Sequence record: SRR20825019_1479
Length of the DNA: 45,994 bases
Strand: one strand, 5' to 3'
The translations under genes were made by a program, and so were the position numbers. Under the pieces are notes generated by a model that did not search any database, had not been told where the DNA came from, and saw nothing but the letters and a program-made list of their open reading frames with translations. This document shows, one piece after another, positions 39,601 through 45,994 of this stretch (position 1 is the first letter of the stretch; every line of letters begins with the position of its first letter).

Positions 39601-42110
39601 CCTGTTGGATCTAAAGCACCAAGCACTTCTGCCTCAACAACGGTAAGGTCAAAACGAGTTATTCCATCTGCAACAGCATCATCACATAAACGTAAAGGCT
39701 CAGGAGTAGTTCCTACTGGAGAAAAACGAACTTCTAAAGTAAAAGGAACTACAGAAACACAGCTACTTGTTGTACTTCTTACACGTGCCCAAACACCTCC
39801 AGTTCCATAACCAGGGGAAAGTGGGTCAGTATCAGGGAAATCTAAATACCTACGGTCATTAATATAAAAATTTGGTAATGGTAACGCGCCGCTTTCAGCA
39901 TCCACCAAAGTACCGTGATAGGTAACTTGTAAGTTTGGATCGCCTAATGTTATTTCATCATCCTGTAAACTAAGGTCGAAAGTTGCAAAACCATCGTTAT
40001 TATCATCACAAAGTATAAGGTTTGGCGGGGTAGTATTTATTGTTGGCGGCGAATCTATAGTTATAGTTACCGTTTCATTTGTATCAAAACAAACTGTAGG
40101 GTTATCGCGGTTTTCCAAACGAATAAATAGTGTTTCACTCGGCGCACTAACTAAATAAGGAATTGGCAACGCCCCAGCACCAGCATCTGCATCTGCTTGA
40201 CTACTATGATACGTTATGTTATAATCTGAAGCAGGCTGCCCATCTAAAACATCTGGATTAAATTCTGCTTCAAGATCAATGCGTTCGCCTCCATCCTGAT
40301 CGTAATCACAGAAACTTCTGTCATTTACAATCCCAGAAATGGCACGGCTAAAATATATTTTGAAATCTACAATATCAAAACAAGTACCACTTGCACTGTC
40401 TTGGATTCTTGCATAAATAGTTTGTGGCGAAGGAGGAACAATAAAGTGAACTCCCCCTAATATCTCTGTTCCAGGCACTCCATCCATTGCTGCCTGAAGT
40501 GTTTCATAATATAAAATATCGAAATCTGCAGGGTTTTGACCTCCCAAGATATCGGCATCATTATCGGTTAGATTAAATACGCCAGCCGTAACCCCAAAAT
40601 CACATTGGTGCATATCTAAATCTTCTCCATTTGGATTTGCAACAGGCTGTGGTCTAAACGTAATTACTACTGGATTACTTTCTACTCTACAAAGTCCATC
40701 TACCGCTTCTACAGTATAGATTCCATTTGTAGTAACTGCATATGTGGATCCGTTTGCTCCAGGAATAGGCACTGTATTTCTAAACCATTGAATATTGAAT
40801 GGAGGATCCGTAACTCCAGAATCCAAAATTACAGGTCTACCCAAACATGCTGGCCCTGGATCTAAAAGTATACCCGCTGTACTTAAATCTACAGGGAATA
40901 AAAATTCATTATTTGTTTCATCTGTTTCTGCTACTACTCCAGTACCATTACCTATATCATCAATAACAGCAATTAAATCAAAATTATTAGGTGTAGCCAA
41001 AGGAATCGCTAAAGTAACTGTTCCACTTTCTGAGCCACCTATTGCAATTTGATTTATTGTATTTGTTTGCCCTAATAATGCGGGAGGATTAACACCATCA
41101 TCTAAATAAAATGCTATAGGCGTATTTCCTGGCAATTCATTTGTACTATTTACATTATACGCCGTATAATCTACATCGATATTACCATTTTGACAAAGCA
41201 CTCCAAGGTTGTCTATTTCTATGGTAGCATCTGGTAATTCAGAATTTACACTAGTTATAATATTATGAACCATTATATAATCCTGCCCAGAAGTAAGCTC
41301 AATAAGAATATTTGTATCACCTGGTTGTACGATTCCCACTAAATCGTAATAATCTAAATCCATCTGATAACTAACTGCCGAGTTAGTATATGAGTTGGTA
41401 CTATTAAAAGCATTCGTTGAAGGATTTAATGGAGGATTATCTATAAGCGTTCCATTAATTCGTAAACTTTCCTGATTTGCAAGTGTTTCATCTCCTTCCC
41501 ATGCTAAAAACCCAATTTTTGAAAGCTGATCTGAGGTTACGTCAAGATTCCCTAAGTTAATAGTTAATGGAAAATTAACGTTATTTACACTTTCCAAACC
41601 ATCAAACAAACTTATTTGATTAAGTAATAAGGAAGGATCTTCATAAATAACATAAATAGCCCATCCCCCAAAGTTAGTACCACAATAATTTTGTAATATA
41701 GCACTCACATCCATATCTGAGAACGTATAAGTACCATTTCCGGTAGCAGCCACAATATTAGTTACTTCAGCATAAGCACCAAAATATGGATCACCATTAA
41801 AGGTATGTGTAAATGTTCTTTCAGCACTAACTGGTGTGCCGTTAACGTTTACATCAAAATCACCTGTACCAACAGAAGCCCAGTAAAGGTGTGCAGAAAC
41901 CAAAGTTGTTCCTGGCCCTAGGTTAAGCGTGGCACTACTTTGCGGAAGCATAGTACATGGAACTGGCGCTCCATTATTCTCCCTTTCATTCAATGTATTA
42001 CCAACAGCCGTAAAATCATAACGGCCATTAAATTGTTTAAACGTGTCTATATTTTGCGAAAACACAAAATGAGGGAGCGTAAATAGTAAGAGAAGTATTA
42101 ATTTTTTCAT
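33663..42110 (-). CDS. Giant secreted repeat protein (probable adhesin) with type-B T9SS C-terminal domain
   Basis: Signal MKKLILLLLFTLPHFVFSQ from ATG at 42110; about 20 'CD..DG...FDL' repeats; C-terminal YFTPNSDGYHDTW..IFDRFGKLL..WNGTYNG..LPSSDYWF..GHFTLKR. Confidence 0.9.
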   Translation of the reverse strand: MKKLILLLLFTLPHFVFSQNIDTFKQFNGRYDFTAVGNTLNERENNGAPVPCTMLPQSSATLNLGPGTTLVSAHLYWASVGTGDFDVNVNGTPVSAERTFTHTFNGDPYFGAYAEVTNIVAATGNGTYTFSDMDVSAILQNYCGTNFGGWAIYVIYEDPSLLLNQISLFDGLESVNNVNFPLTINLGNLDVTSDQLSKIGFLAWEGDETLANQESLRINGTLIDNPPLNPSTNAFNSTNSYTNSAVSYQMDLDYYDLVGIVQPGDTNILIELTSGQDYIMVHNIITSVNSELPDATIEIDNLGVLCQNGNIDVDYTAYNVNSTNELPGNTPIAFYLDDGVNPPALLGQTNTINQIAIGGSESGTVTLAIPLATPNNFDLIAVIDDIGNGTGVVAETDETNNEFLFPVDLSTAGILLDPGPACLGRPVILDSGVTDPPFNIQWFRNTVPIPGANGSTYAVTTNGIYTVEAVDGLCRVESNPVVITFRPQPVANPNGEDLDMHQCDFGVTAGVFNLTDNDADILGGQNPADFDILYYETLQAAMDGVPGTEILGGVHFIVPPSPQTIYARIQDSASGTCFDIVDFKIYFSRAISGIVNDRSFCDYDQDGGERIDLEAEFNPDVLDGQPASDYNITYHSSQADADAGAGALPIPYLVSAPSETLFIRLENRDNPTVCFDTNETVTITIDSPPTINTTPPNLILCDDNNDGFATFDLSLQDDEITLGDPNLQVTYHGTLVDAESGALPLPNFYINDRRYLDFPDTDPLSPGYGTGGVWARVRSTTSSCVSVVPFTLEVRFSPVGTTPEPLRLCDDAVADGITRFDLTVVEAEVLGALDPTGFDLYYYENFSQAVAAGDLAITPTPDFSQAIADPTNFFNNTNPQIIYILIVSNTTGTIPPNPNSAEGCYDIVELELHVDPLPVDFGPFSYDLCDDELQGSTLTDEISTFNLTSIDPDVTNNDNSLTVEWFLNFADEAADNPIPNPTTFQNTVTPQTVIGRVTSGRGCETLVTLTLTVFPNPNPNMTPTPLELCDDDDDGLVGGWDLHLADADIIDNEANVSVRYFRTEAQAIAGLPATVITMPFTNTVPFIQTVYARVEKNVPPATLGCYTIVELELHVIALPDKPQMPPFTDPFIGCDETNSGTALFDLTRQNVGVIGTQNAADFLPILYYDTDLATAQAAVPGTEIGNPSAYVSAGGVPIWVRLESIITGCVRITEFQLAIELFPTIGVGNDLSECDDLLSGSDTDGLATFDLTVNDDLISLGDPDLDVFYYASPGDQAANNPIANPSAYQNTTATQQRIFVTAFSQNGCRATNSFLIIVEPTPDAFSPGVMIACDSDYDGFADFDLTSQDDFITNMDVNLTVSYHTTLLNAQNNDSPITTLYENDIPYNDVPITDPLAPDYGTGGVWARVTTNVNTCHRIISFALEVHASPIASEPEPLRACDFDGDGVEIFDLTDAEADILGALDPAQYDIYYYELLADAQTAGDAALLAPDFSAAIAAPGAYPNTANPQTLFVLVVGNAQSSIPPNPNGAEGCYDIVELQLFVDRVPINNGPFTNSLCDDDLQGSTLIDGISTFDLTLNDFLITGGAPGLTVSWFEASGTPILNPETYQNIATPQTVIGRITSEFGCENDVTVTLNVLPNPNPKMDPEPIEFCDEGVIDDGIVNFFDLTVRDAEIINGQNNVSVLYYETEQEAIDGVPGTEILGLYTNTTPFNQIIYARVTNDVPPRQLPCYTIVELELIVVPLPDRVDPTTFEDPIFVCDEDGNGMAIFDLTAQNTSVYNGQNPADFDPITYHISLADAEAGTPFITTPDAFESGSRTIWVRLASIATGCARITPFEIIAGVFPGSGTADDLILCDDEVNGSTIDDGISTFDLTENTPLITNGDPTLTVIYYASQFDQDNDIRITNPTAYQNVDIPQQEIFVTILGQNTCRTSLSFMIIVNPIPEPVEPTPLFACDMDNNGIAFFDLESKSDEIRGGDPTLIITYHETMFDARTGDAALTSPYENIFLNNQTLFVRVAYDVPPADSGCYTIVTLDLIVNPTPLVPNDLPDLVACDDSGFYEFDLTVQEELIYGTQTPTDYTLRYYLNEPDAIAGGNGFIVQPEVYTNTGSPQTIWVRLTDNLTECYKVASFDLVVNSGLLIVDPTPLVLCDDLGEDFDGKTSFNLTDKNGEITNGVVTQGVSYFLTEEDAQDNVNRIDPDTAYVNEDASGNPINPQLLYVRVEDSNSRCISFTTLIIRVVPNPNPVDPEPIELCDLNEIVPPGPDDEVEIFDLTIRETQILNGNNWTIGYYESYDDAINENDEIVAPEVTAYQNTSNPQIIYVRTTNPTSLCFEIVELELIVNPLPDDSAIVTPYIGCSLDGSEIGVFNLETKVDEILGGQTQPPFEVTFYIDMVDAENGINAIVNTTSYQNKDGNNNPINPQLIYTGIRNTETGCYIGGIQSFELIVQDGATANSPSEPFIICDNLPPSDGYGEFDFDDVTNQQVSDLRAEILGGQDPAIFEITFHETEDEAAAGIEAITFPYVNIINPQRIYIRVTNNDNLLEPKCYGIAEMVIKVEQIEDVTFDGDYRLCVDENGNPIQEVEGSPSPPIIDSGLDPTLYTFQWDLDGVILVGENGPSIIALQGGVYTLTYTEIASNCENVVSATVTVSSPPFVYEANLINGAFAGNHIIEVIAEGEGTYEYQLDDGPFQDSNIFENVEPGNHTITIKDKFGCGEVTFDVGVIDYPPYFTPNSDGYHDTWNIIGIAAGDPTAKIYIFDRFGKLLKQLSPLDTGWNGTYNGNPLPSSDYWFRVEYTEDDVAKEFKGHFTLKR
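36250..40020 (-). repeat. Tandem intragenic duplication of a ~1.9-kb six-domain block
   Basis: GTGGVWARV, AEGCYDIVEL and TPQTVIGR each recur at 1875-1896-bp spacing. Confidence 0.85.
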
Positions 42111-42130
42111 AAATATGGGTATTACAGTGC

Positions 42131-42170
42131 CAAATATATTGAATACATTGTTTTTCTTTTTATATTTTTG
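42131..42170. promoter_or_regulatory. Back-to-back divergent -7 promoter elements (giant T9SS gene / Nfu gene)
   Basis: TATATTTG on minus strand (42131-42138); TATTTTTG on plus strand (42163-42170) with TTG 21 nt upstream. Confidence 0.65.
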
Positions 42171-42186
42171 CAAAAAAAACTACTAA

Positions 42187-43104
42187 ATGCCACAATTTAA
42201 CATAGAAATTTCTGAAACCACCAATCAAAATATAGTTAAATTTATTGTTAATTCTTTCTTAACACGCGCTACCAGCTACGAATTCAAGAATATCGATGAA
42301 GCTAAACCAAGTCCTTTGGCACAACAACTTTTTTATCTTCCGTTTGTTAAAACGGTATTTATTTCACAAAATTTCATTGCAATCGAAAAATATAACATTG
42401 TAGCATGGAAAGACGTACAAGAAGAAGTTGCAGAATCTATCGTAACGTACCTAAATACTGGGAAATCCGTAATTACAGAAACGGAAGCTCCAAAAAAAGT
42501 TCCTGTTAGTATTTATGCAGAAAGTACGCCAAATCCTACAGTAATGAAATTTGTTGCTAACAAACCGCTAGCAACTGGAACCTTTGAGTTCAAAAATATA
42601 GATGATGCGCTACATTCTCCATTAGCCAAAGCCTTATTTAGCTTTCCTTTTGTAAAAGAAGTTTTTATAAGCGCTAATTATGTTTCTGTAATGAAATACA
42701 ATGTAGCTGAATGGCAAGATATTTCTATGGAAATTAGAGAGTTTATCCGCAAATTTATTGAAGATGGAAAACCTGTTCTAAATGATGAAATACTAAACGC
42801 AACCAATACTTCAAAAAACATTTCAGAAGAAAACACTCCAGAAGCAACTGCAAAAAACCATACCGACCTTGAAAAAGAAATCATCTCCATTTTAGATGAA
42901 TATGTAAAACCTGCAGTAGCTAGTGATGGCGGCCACATTCTATTTGATTCATTTAATGTAGAAACCAAAACTGTAAAAGTTATCCTTCAAGGTGCTTGTA
43001 GCGGCTGCCCATCTTCTACAATAACACTAAAAAACGGGATAGAAACCATGCTGAAAGAAATGCTTCAAGGGCAGATAAATAGTGTAGAAGCTGTAAATGG
43101 CTAA
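42187..43104 (+). CDS. NifU/Nfu-family Fe-S scaffold/carrier (two Nfu_N domains plus NifU_C)
   Basis: Duplicated SPLA..LF..PFVK.VFIS.N motif; VKPAVASDGG, GACSGCPSS. Confidence 0.92.
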   Translation: MPQFNIEISETTNQNIVKFIVNSFLTRATSYEFKNIDEAKPSPLAQQLFYLPFVKTVFISQNFIAIEKYNIVAWKDVQEEVAESIVTYLNTGKSVITETEAPKKVPVSIYAESTPNPTVMKFVANKPLATGTFEFKNIDDALHSPLAKALFSFPFVKEVFISANYVSVMKYNVAEWQDISMEIREFIRKFIEDGKPVLNDEILNATNTSKNISEENTPEATAKNHTDLEKEIISILDEYVKPAVASDGGHILFDSFNVETKTVKVILQGACSGCPSSTITLKNGIETMLKEMLQGQINSVEAVNG

Positions 43105-43208
43105 AATCACTTTTTCAGCTAACAACCTTTTCCTTTTAACTTAATTTTCAGATTATTATACTTGATTAATTGTATCTTGAGGTTTATAAACCTTAACAAA
43201 CTATAGTC

Positions 43209-43409
43209 ATGGCAGTACTTAAAGTAATTGAGATTCTTGCAAGTTCAAAGGACAGTTGGGAAGACGCAACTAGAAATGCAGTTAAAGAAGCTGGAAAAAG
43301 CATAAAAAATATTCGATCGGCCTATGTGCAAGAACAAAGTTGCGTAATCGATAAAGATCAAATTACACATTTTCGTGTAAACGTAAAAATTACATTTGAA
43401 GTGAATTAA
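43209..43409 (+). CDS. Dodecin-family protein
   Basis: VLKVIEILASSKDSWEDA...FRVNVKITF, 66 aa. Confidence 0.9.
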   Translation: MAVLKVIEILASSKDSWEDATRNAVKEAGKSIKNIRSAYVQEQSCVIDKDQITHFRVNVKITFEVN

Positions 43410-43425
43410 AACGCACTGAATAAGT

Positions 43426-43516
43426 ATTAAAATGAAGCTGAATTAAAAGTAAAAACAAATTCGACTGCGCTACAAACAAAATCGAAACTTACTTTTTAGA
43501 TAGCTTCATTTTTAAT
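43426..43516. repeat. Long imperfect inverted repeat between dodecin and mscS
   Basis: Nested arms AAAATGAAGCT/AGCTTCATTTT, AAAAGTAA/TTACTTTT, TTCGA/TCGAA. Confidence 0.7.
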
Positions 43517-43597
43517 TTTAAAGAAACAGCTATTTAAATAATAAAACAACTCGCTGCTAAAAAATTATAAATCAACTATTTAAACATTAAACTAAGA

Positions 43598-44452
43598 ATG
43601 AATACTATGGAAAAATTTCAGAACTTGGATATATACATTGAAGAGTATGGACAAAAATTAATCGACTTTCTCCCAAATCTAATTGGCGCACTACTAATGT
43701 TGTTTATTGGTATGTGGCTGATAAAAATTGCAAATCGATTTATACGAAAGTTTTTTGATAAAAAGGAATACGACCCAACGTTGGAAAACTTTATTGCTAG
43801 TTTAATAAATTGGGGATTAAAAATTTTGCTTTTTGTATTAGTAGTTACCCAACTTGGTGTTGAATCTGCCTCATTAGTTGCCATTGTAGGTGCAGCAGGA
43901 TTGGCAATTGGTTTAGCACTACAAGGCTCACTTGCAAATTTTGCTGGCGGAATATTAATCTTACTTTTAAAGCCTTTTAGAGTTGGAGATTTTATTAGTG
44001 CTCAAGGCGTAGATGGAACTGTGAAAGACATTTCTATATTTAATACAAAGCTAACCACTTTTGGAAATCAGCTTGCTGTAATTCCAAATGGAAAGCTAAG
44101 TAATGATAATATTATAAATTATTCTGCTGAAGGTATTCGTCGTGAAAACATAACTTTCGGTATAGGCTATGGAGACAATATTAAACAAGCTAAAGAAATA
44201 TTATTGAATTTGGTTCTTGAACAAGGAACCGTTTTAAAGCAAGAAGATAAAACCCCTATGGCTGCAGTTGCTGAACTTGGCGATAGTTCTGTAAACCTAA
44301 CCATTCGTTATTGGGCTAGAAACGAAGACTTTTGGAATCTCCGCTGGTTAATTTTGGAAGAAGGAAAAGCAAGATTAGAAGCTGCAGGAATATCTATTCC
44401 CTTCCCGCAAAGAGATGTACACCATTTTAATTTGGAAAGTTTAAGAAGCTAA
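43598..44452 (+). CDS. mscS: Small-conductance mechanosensitive channel
   Basis: GAAGLAIGLALQGSLANFAGG, PFRVGD, IPNG, IPFPQRDVH. Confidence 0.93.
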   Translation: MNTMEKFQNLDIYIEEYGQKLIDFLPNLIGALLMLFIGMWLIKIANRFIRKFFDKKEYDPTLENFIASLINWGLKILLFVLVVTQLGVESASLVAIVGAAGLAIGLALQGSLANFAGGILILLLKPFRVGDFISAQGVDGTVKDISIFNTKLTTFGNQLAVIPNGKLSNDNIINYSAEGIRRENITFGIGYGDNIKQAKEILLNLVLEQGTVLKQEDKTPMAAVAELGDSSVNLTIRYWARNEDFWNLRWLILEEGKARLEAAGISIPFPQRDVHHFNLESLRS

Positions 44453-44503
44453 AGTGCTGACTTTAAACTTATATTTTATATTTTTATAAAAAACAACTTC
44501 ACC

Positions 44504-45205
44504 ATGAAACGATTATTAATTATTGGAGTCTTAACTTTGGTCACAAGCTCATTGTTTTCACAATCTGATGGAGCTTGGTTTGTATTAAATAATAAAAATA
44601 TTGATTTAGTACAAAAATGGGAATCATTTGGCATTAATGAAGAACGAATTAATGCAATAAAAAATGAAGCATATGCAAATCCAAACTTTGTAAACGGCAA
44701 CATTTACAAAGAGGATCAATTAATAAAAGCTGATGTTTCAATGCGTTATAATGCTTATGCAGATGAAATTGAAATAAAAAAATACGCATCTGATGAAAAC
44801 TATGGAGCATTAACAAAAGATCCTAGTATTTTTGTAAAACTAGGATTCGATGTATACGTCTTTGCTCCTTTTGAAGGAAGCAACGAAAAAGGAGGCTATT
44901 TTAATGTATTAAGCGACGGCAAGAAATATGACCTTTATAAAAAAACCACAACTTTTTTTGTAGAGCCACGTATAGCCAAAACATCATATGAAAGAGATAT
45001 CCCACCATCTTTTTCAAAAAAAATTAAATACTATTTAGTACAGAGTGGTACTTTTTTAGAAATGCCAAGTAGCAAATCTAAAGTGTTAAAAATGATGGCC
45101 GCTAAAAAAGATGAAGTGAAAAACTATATTATACAAAACGATATTGACCTAAACACCGAAAGAGATTTAGTTAAATTAGTTTCATATTTTGATTCACTTC
45201 TTTAA
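44504..45205 (+). CDS. Secreted hypothetical protein, tandem paralog 1
   Basis: Signal peptide ending FSQ; MRYNAYADEIEI; C-terminal DLVKLVSYFDSL. Confidence 0.8.
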   Translation: MKRLLIIGVLTLVTSSLFSQSDGAWFVLNNKNIDLVQKWESFGINEERINAIKNEAYANPNFVNGNIYKEDQLIKADVSMRYNAYADEIEIKKYASDENYGALTKDPSIFVKLGFDVYVFAPFEGSNEKGGYFNVLSDGKKYDLYKKTTTFFVEPRIAKTSYERDIPPSFSKKIKYYLVQSGTFLEMPSSKSKVLKMMAAKKDEVKNYIIQNDIDLNTERDLVKLVSYFDSLL

Positions 45206-45235
45206 AAAAAATTATAACTTTATAAGAAATTAAAT

Positions 45236-45940
45236 ATGAAAAAATTAATCTTAACTGGCGTTATTTCGCTAGTCTCGTTATCGGCTTTCTCCCAAGCAGA
45301 AAACAGTAGCTTTGATGTATATTCTAGAACCATAAATGTTAATGAAAAAAAAGGTTTAGCTTTTGGACTAACTGAAGCAGAGTTCGAAGCTATAAAAGAA
45401 GAAGCCTACGCCAACCCAAACTTCTTAACTGGTAATATTTTTCAGGAGGATAAAATTGTTAAAGCAGACGTACCAATGCGCTATAATGCTTTTGCAGACG
45501 AAATTGAGATTAAAAAATACAAATCGGATGAAAATTATGGAGCTTTAACAAAAGACCCAAAGATTTTTGCGAAAATTGGATTAGACATCTATGTCTTTGT
45601 CCCATTTGAAGGAAGTAACGAAAAAGGAGGCTATTTTAATGTTTTGAGTGATGGTAAGAATTACGATCTTTATAAAAAAACCACTTCACTTTTTAGAGAA
45701 CCACGCAAAGCTAAAACTTCATATGAAAAAGATACACCACCATCTTTTTCTAAAACAGTAAAATATTACTTAGTCCAGGATGGCACTTTTTTAGAAATGC
45801 CTAGCAGCAAATCTAAAGTCCTTAAAATGATGGATTCAAAGAAAAATGAAGTTAAAAACTTTATTAAGCAAAACGATATTGATCTTGATAAGGAAAGAGA
45901 TTTAGTTAAGTTAGTAAAGTACTTCGATTCTTTAATCTAG
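45236..45940 (+). CDS. Secreted hypothetical protein, tandem paralog 2
   Basis: Closely similar to paralog 1 from EAYANPNF onward. Confidence 0.8.
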   Translation: MKKLILTGVISLVSLSAFSQAENSSFDVYSRTINVNEKKGLAFGLTEAEFEAIKEEAYANPNFLTGNIFQEDKIVKADVPMRYNAFADEIEIKKYKSDENYGALTKDPKIFAKIGLDIYVFVPFEGSNEKGGYFNVLSDGKNYDLYKKTTSLFREPRKAKTSYEKDTPPSFSKTVKYYLVQDGTFLEMPSSKSKVLKMMDSKKNEVKNFIKQNDIDLDKERDLVKLVKYFDSLI

Positions 45941-45994
45941 CAAAATAGCTATCCTAACATAAATTCCTTTAAATAAAAAGGCTCAAAATAAGCG

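Noticed and set aside
42111..42173. Longer N-termini given in the ORF track (giant protein from 42173; likewise tig 14674, uppS 21899, clpX 12498)
   Set aside because: The extensions overlap promoter elements or upstream genes, or rely on weak TTG starts; downstream ATGs give typical N-termini.
2957..44703. Many short antisense or alternative-frame ORFs in the track (e.g. 5850-6254, 7341-7736, 11357-11731, 26965-27366, 37466-37882)
   Set aside because: They shadow well-supported genes and have no independent motifs or expression signals.
44504..45940. Paralog pair as a diversity-generating retroelement template/variable pair
   Set aside because: No reverse transcriptase in the window, both copies are full genes, and the differences are not confined to adenines.

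Overview
AT-rich, gene-dense bacterial chromosome segment from a Bacteroidota genome, most likely Flavobacteriaceae. Evidence: TAnnTTTG -7 promoters, A-rich starts without Shine-Dalgarno sites, and T9SS genes. It is mostly core genome: a speA-speB-deoxyhypusine-synthase-like polyamine operon, an RsuA/RluB-like protein, a FolK-deoxynucleoside kinase fusion, AsmA, DUF2797, a GH3-family protein, tig-clpP-clpX, a FadL-like channel plus GDSL lipoprotein, pdxJ, CBS-nadK-(DUF6089)-uppS-bamA-skp-skp-murI, a gamma-CA, a TPR/LytS kinase-LytTR pair facing a vWA lipoprotein, a ~2800-aa type-B T9SS repeat protein with its PorP/SprF partner, an Nfu scaffold, dodecin, mscS and two tandem secreted paralogs. 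I found no rRNA, tRNA, CRISPR array or transposase. The best unexplained signals are: (1) a ~260-nt ORF-poor, highly structured element with its own promoter and terminator at 10955-11231 (candidate ncRNA); (2) a pseudouridine synthase homolog lacking the catalytic Asp; (3) 21-bp-periodic repeats that may link the LytTR system to the vWA lipoprotein; (4) a structured speA leader with a 29-codon uORF; (5) a six-domain super-repeat in the giant T9SS protein. All family calls come from reading motifs by eye; no database searches were run.
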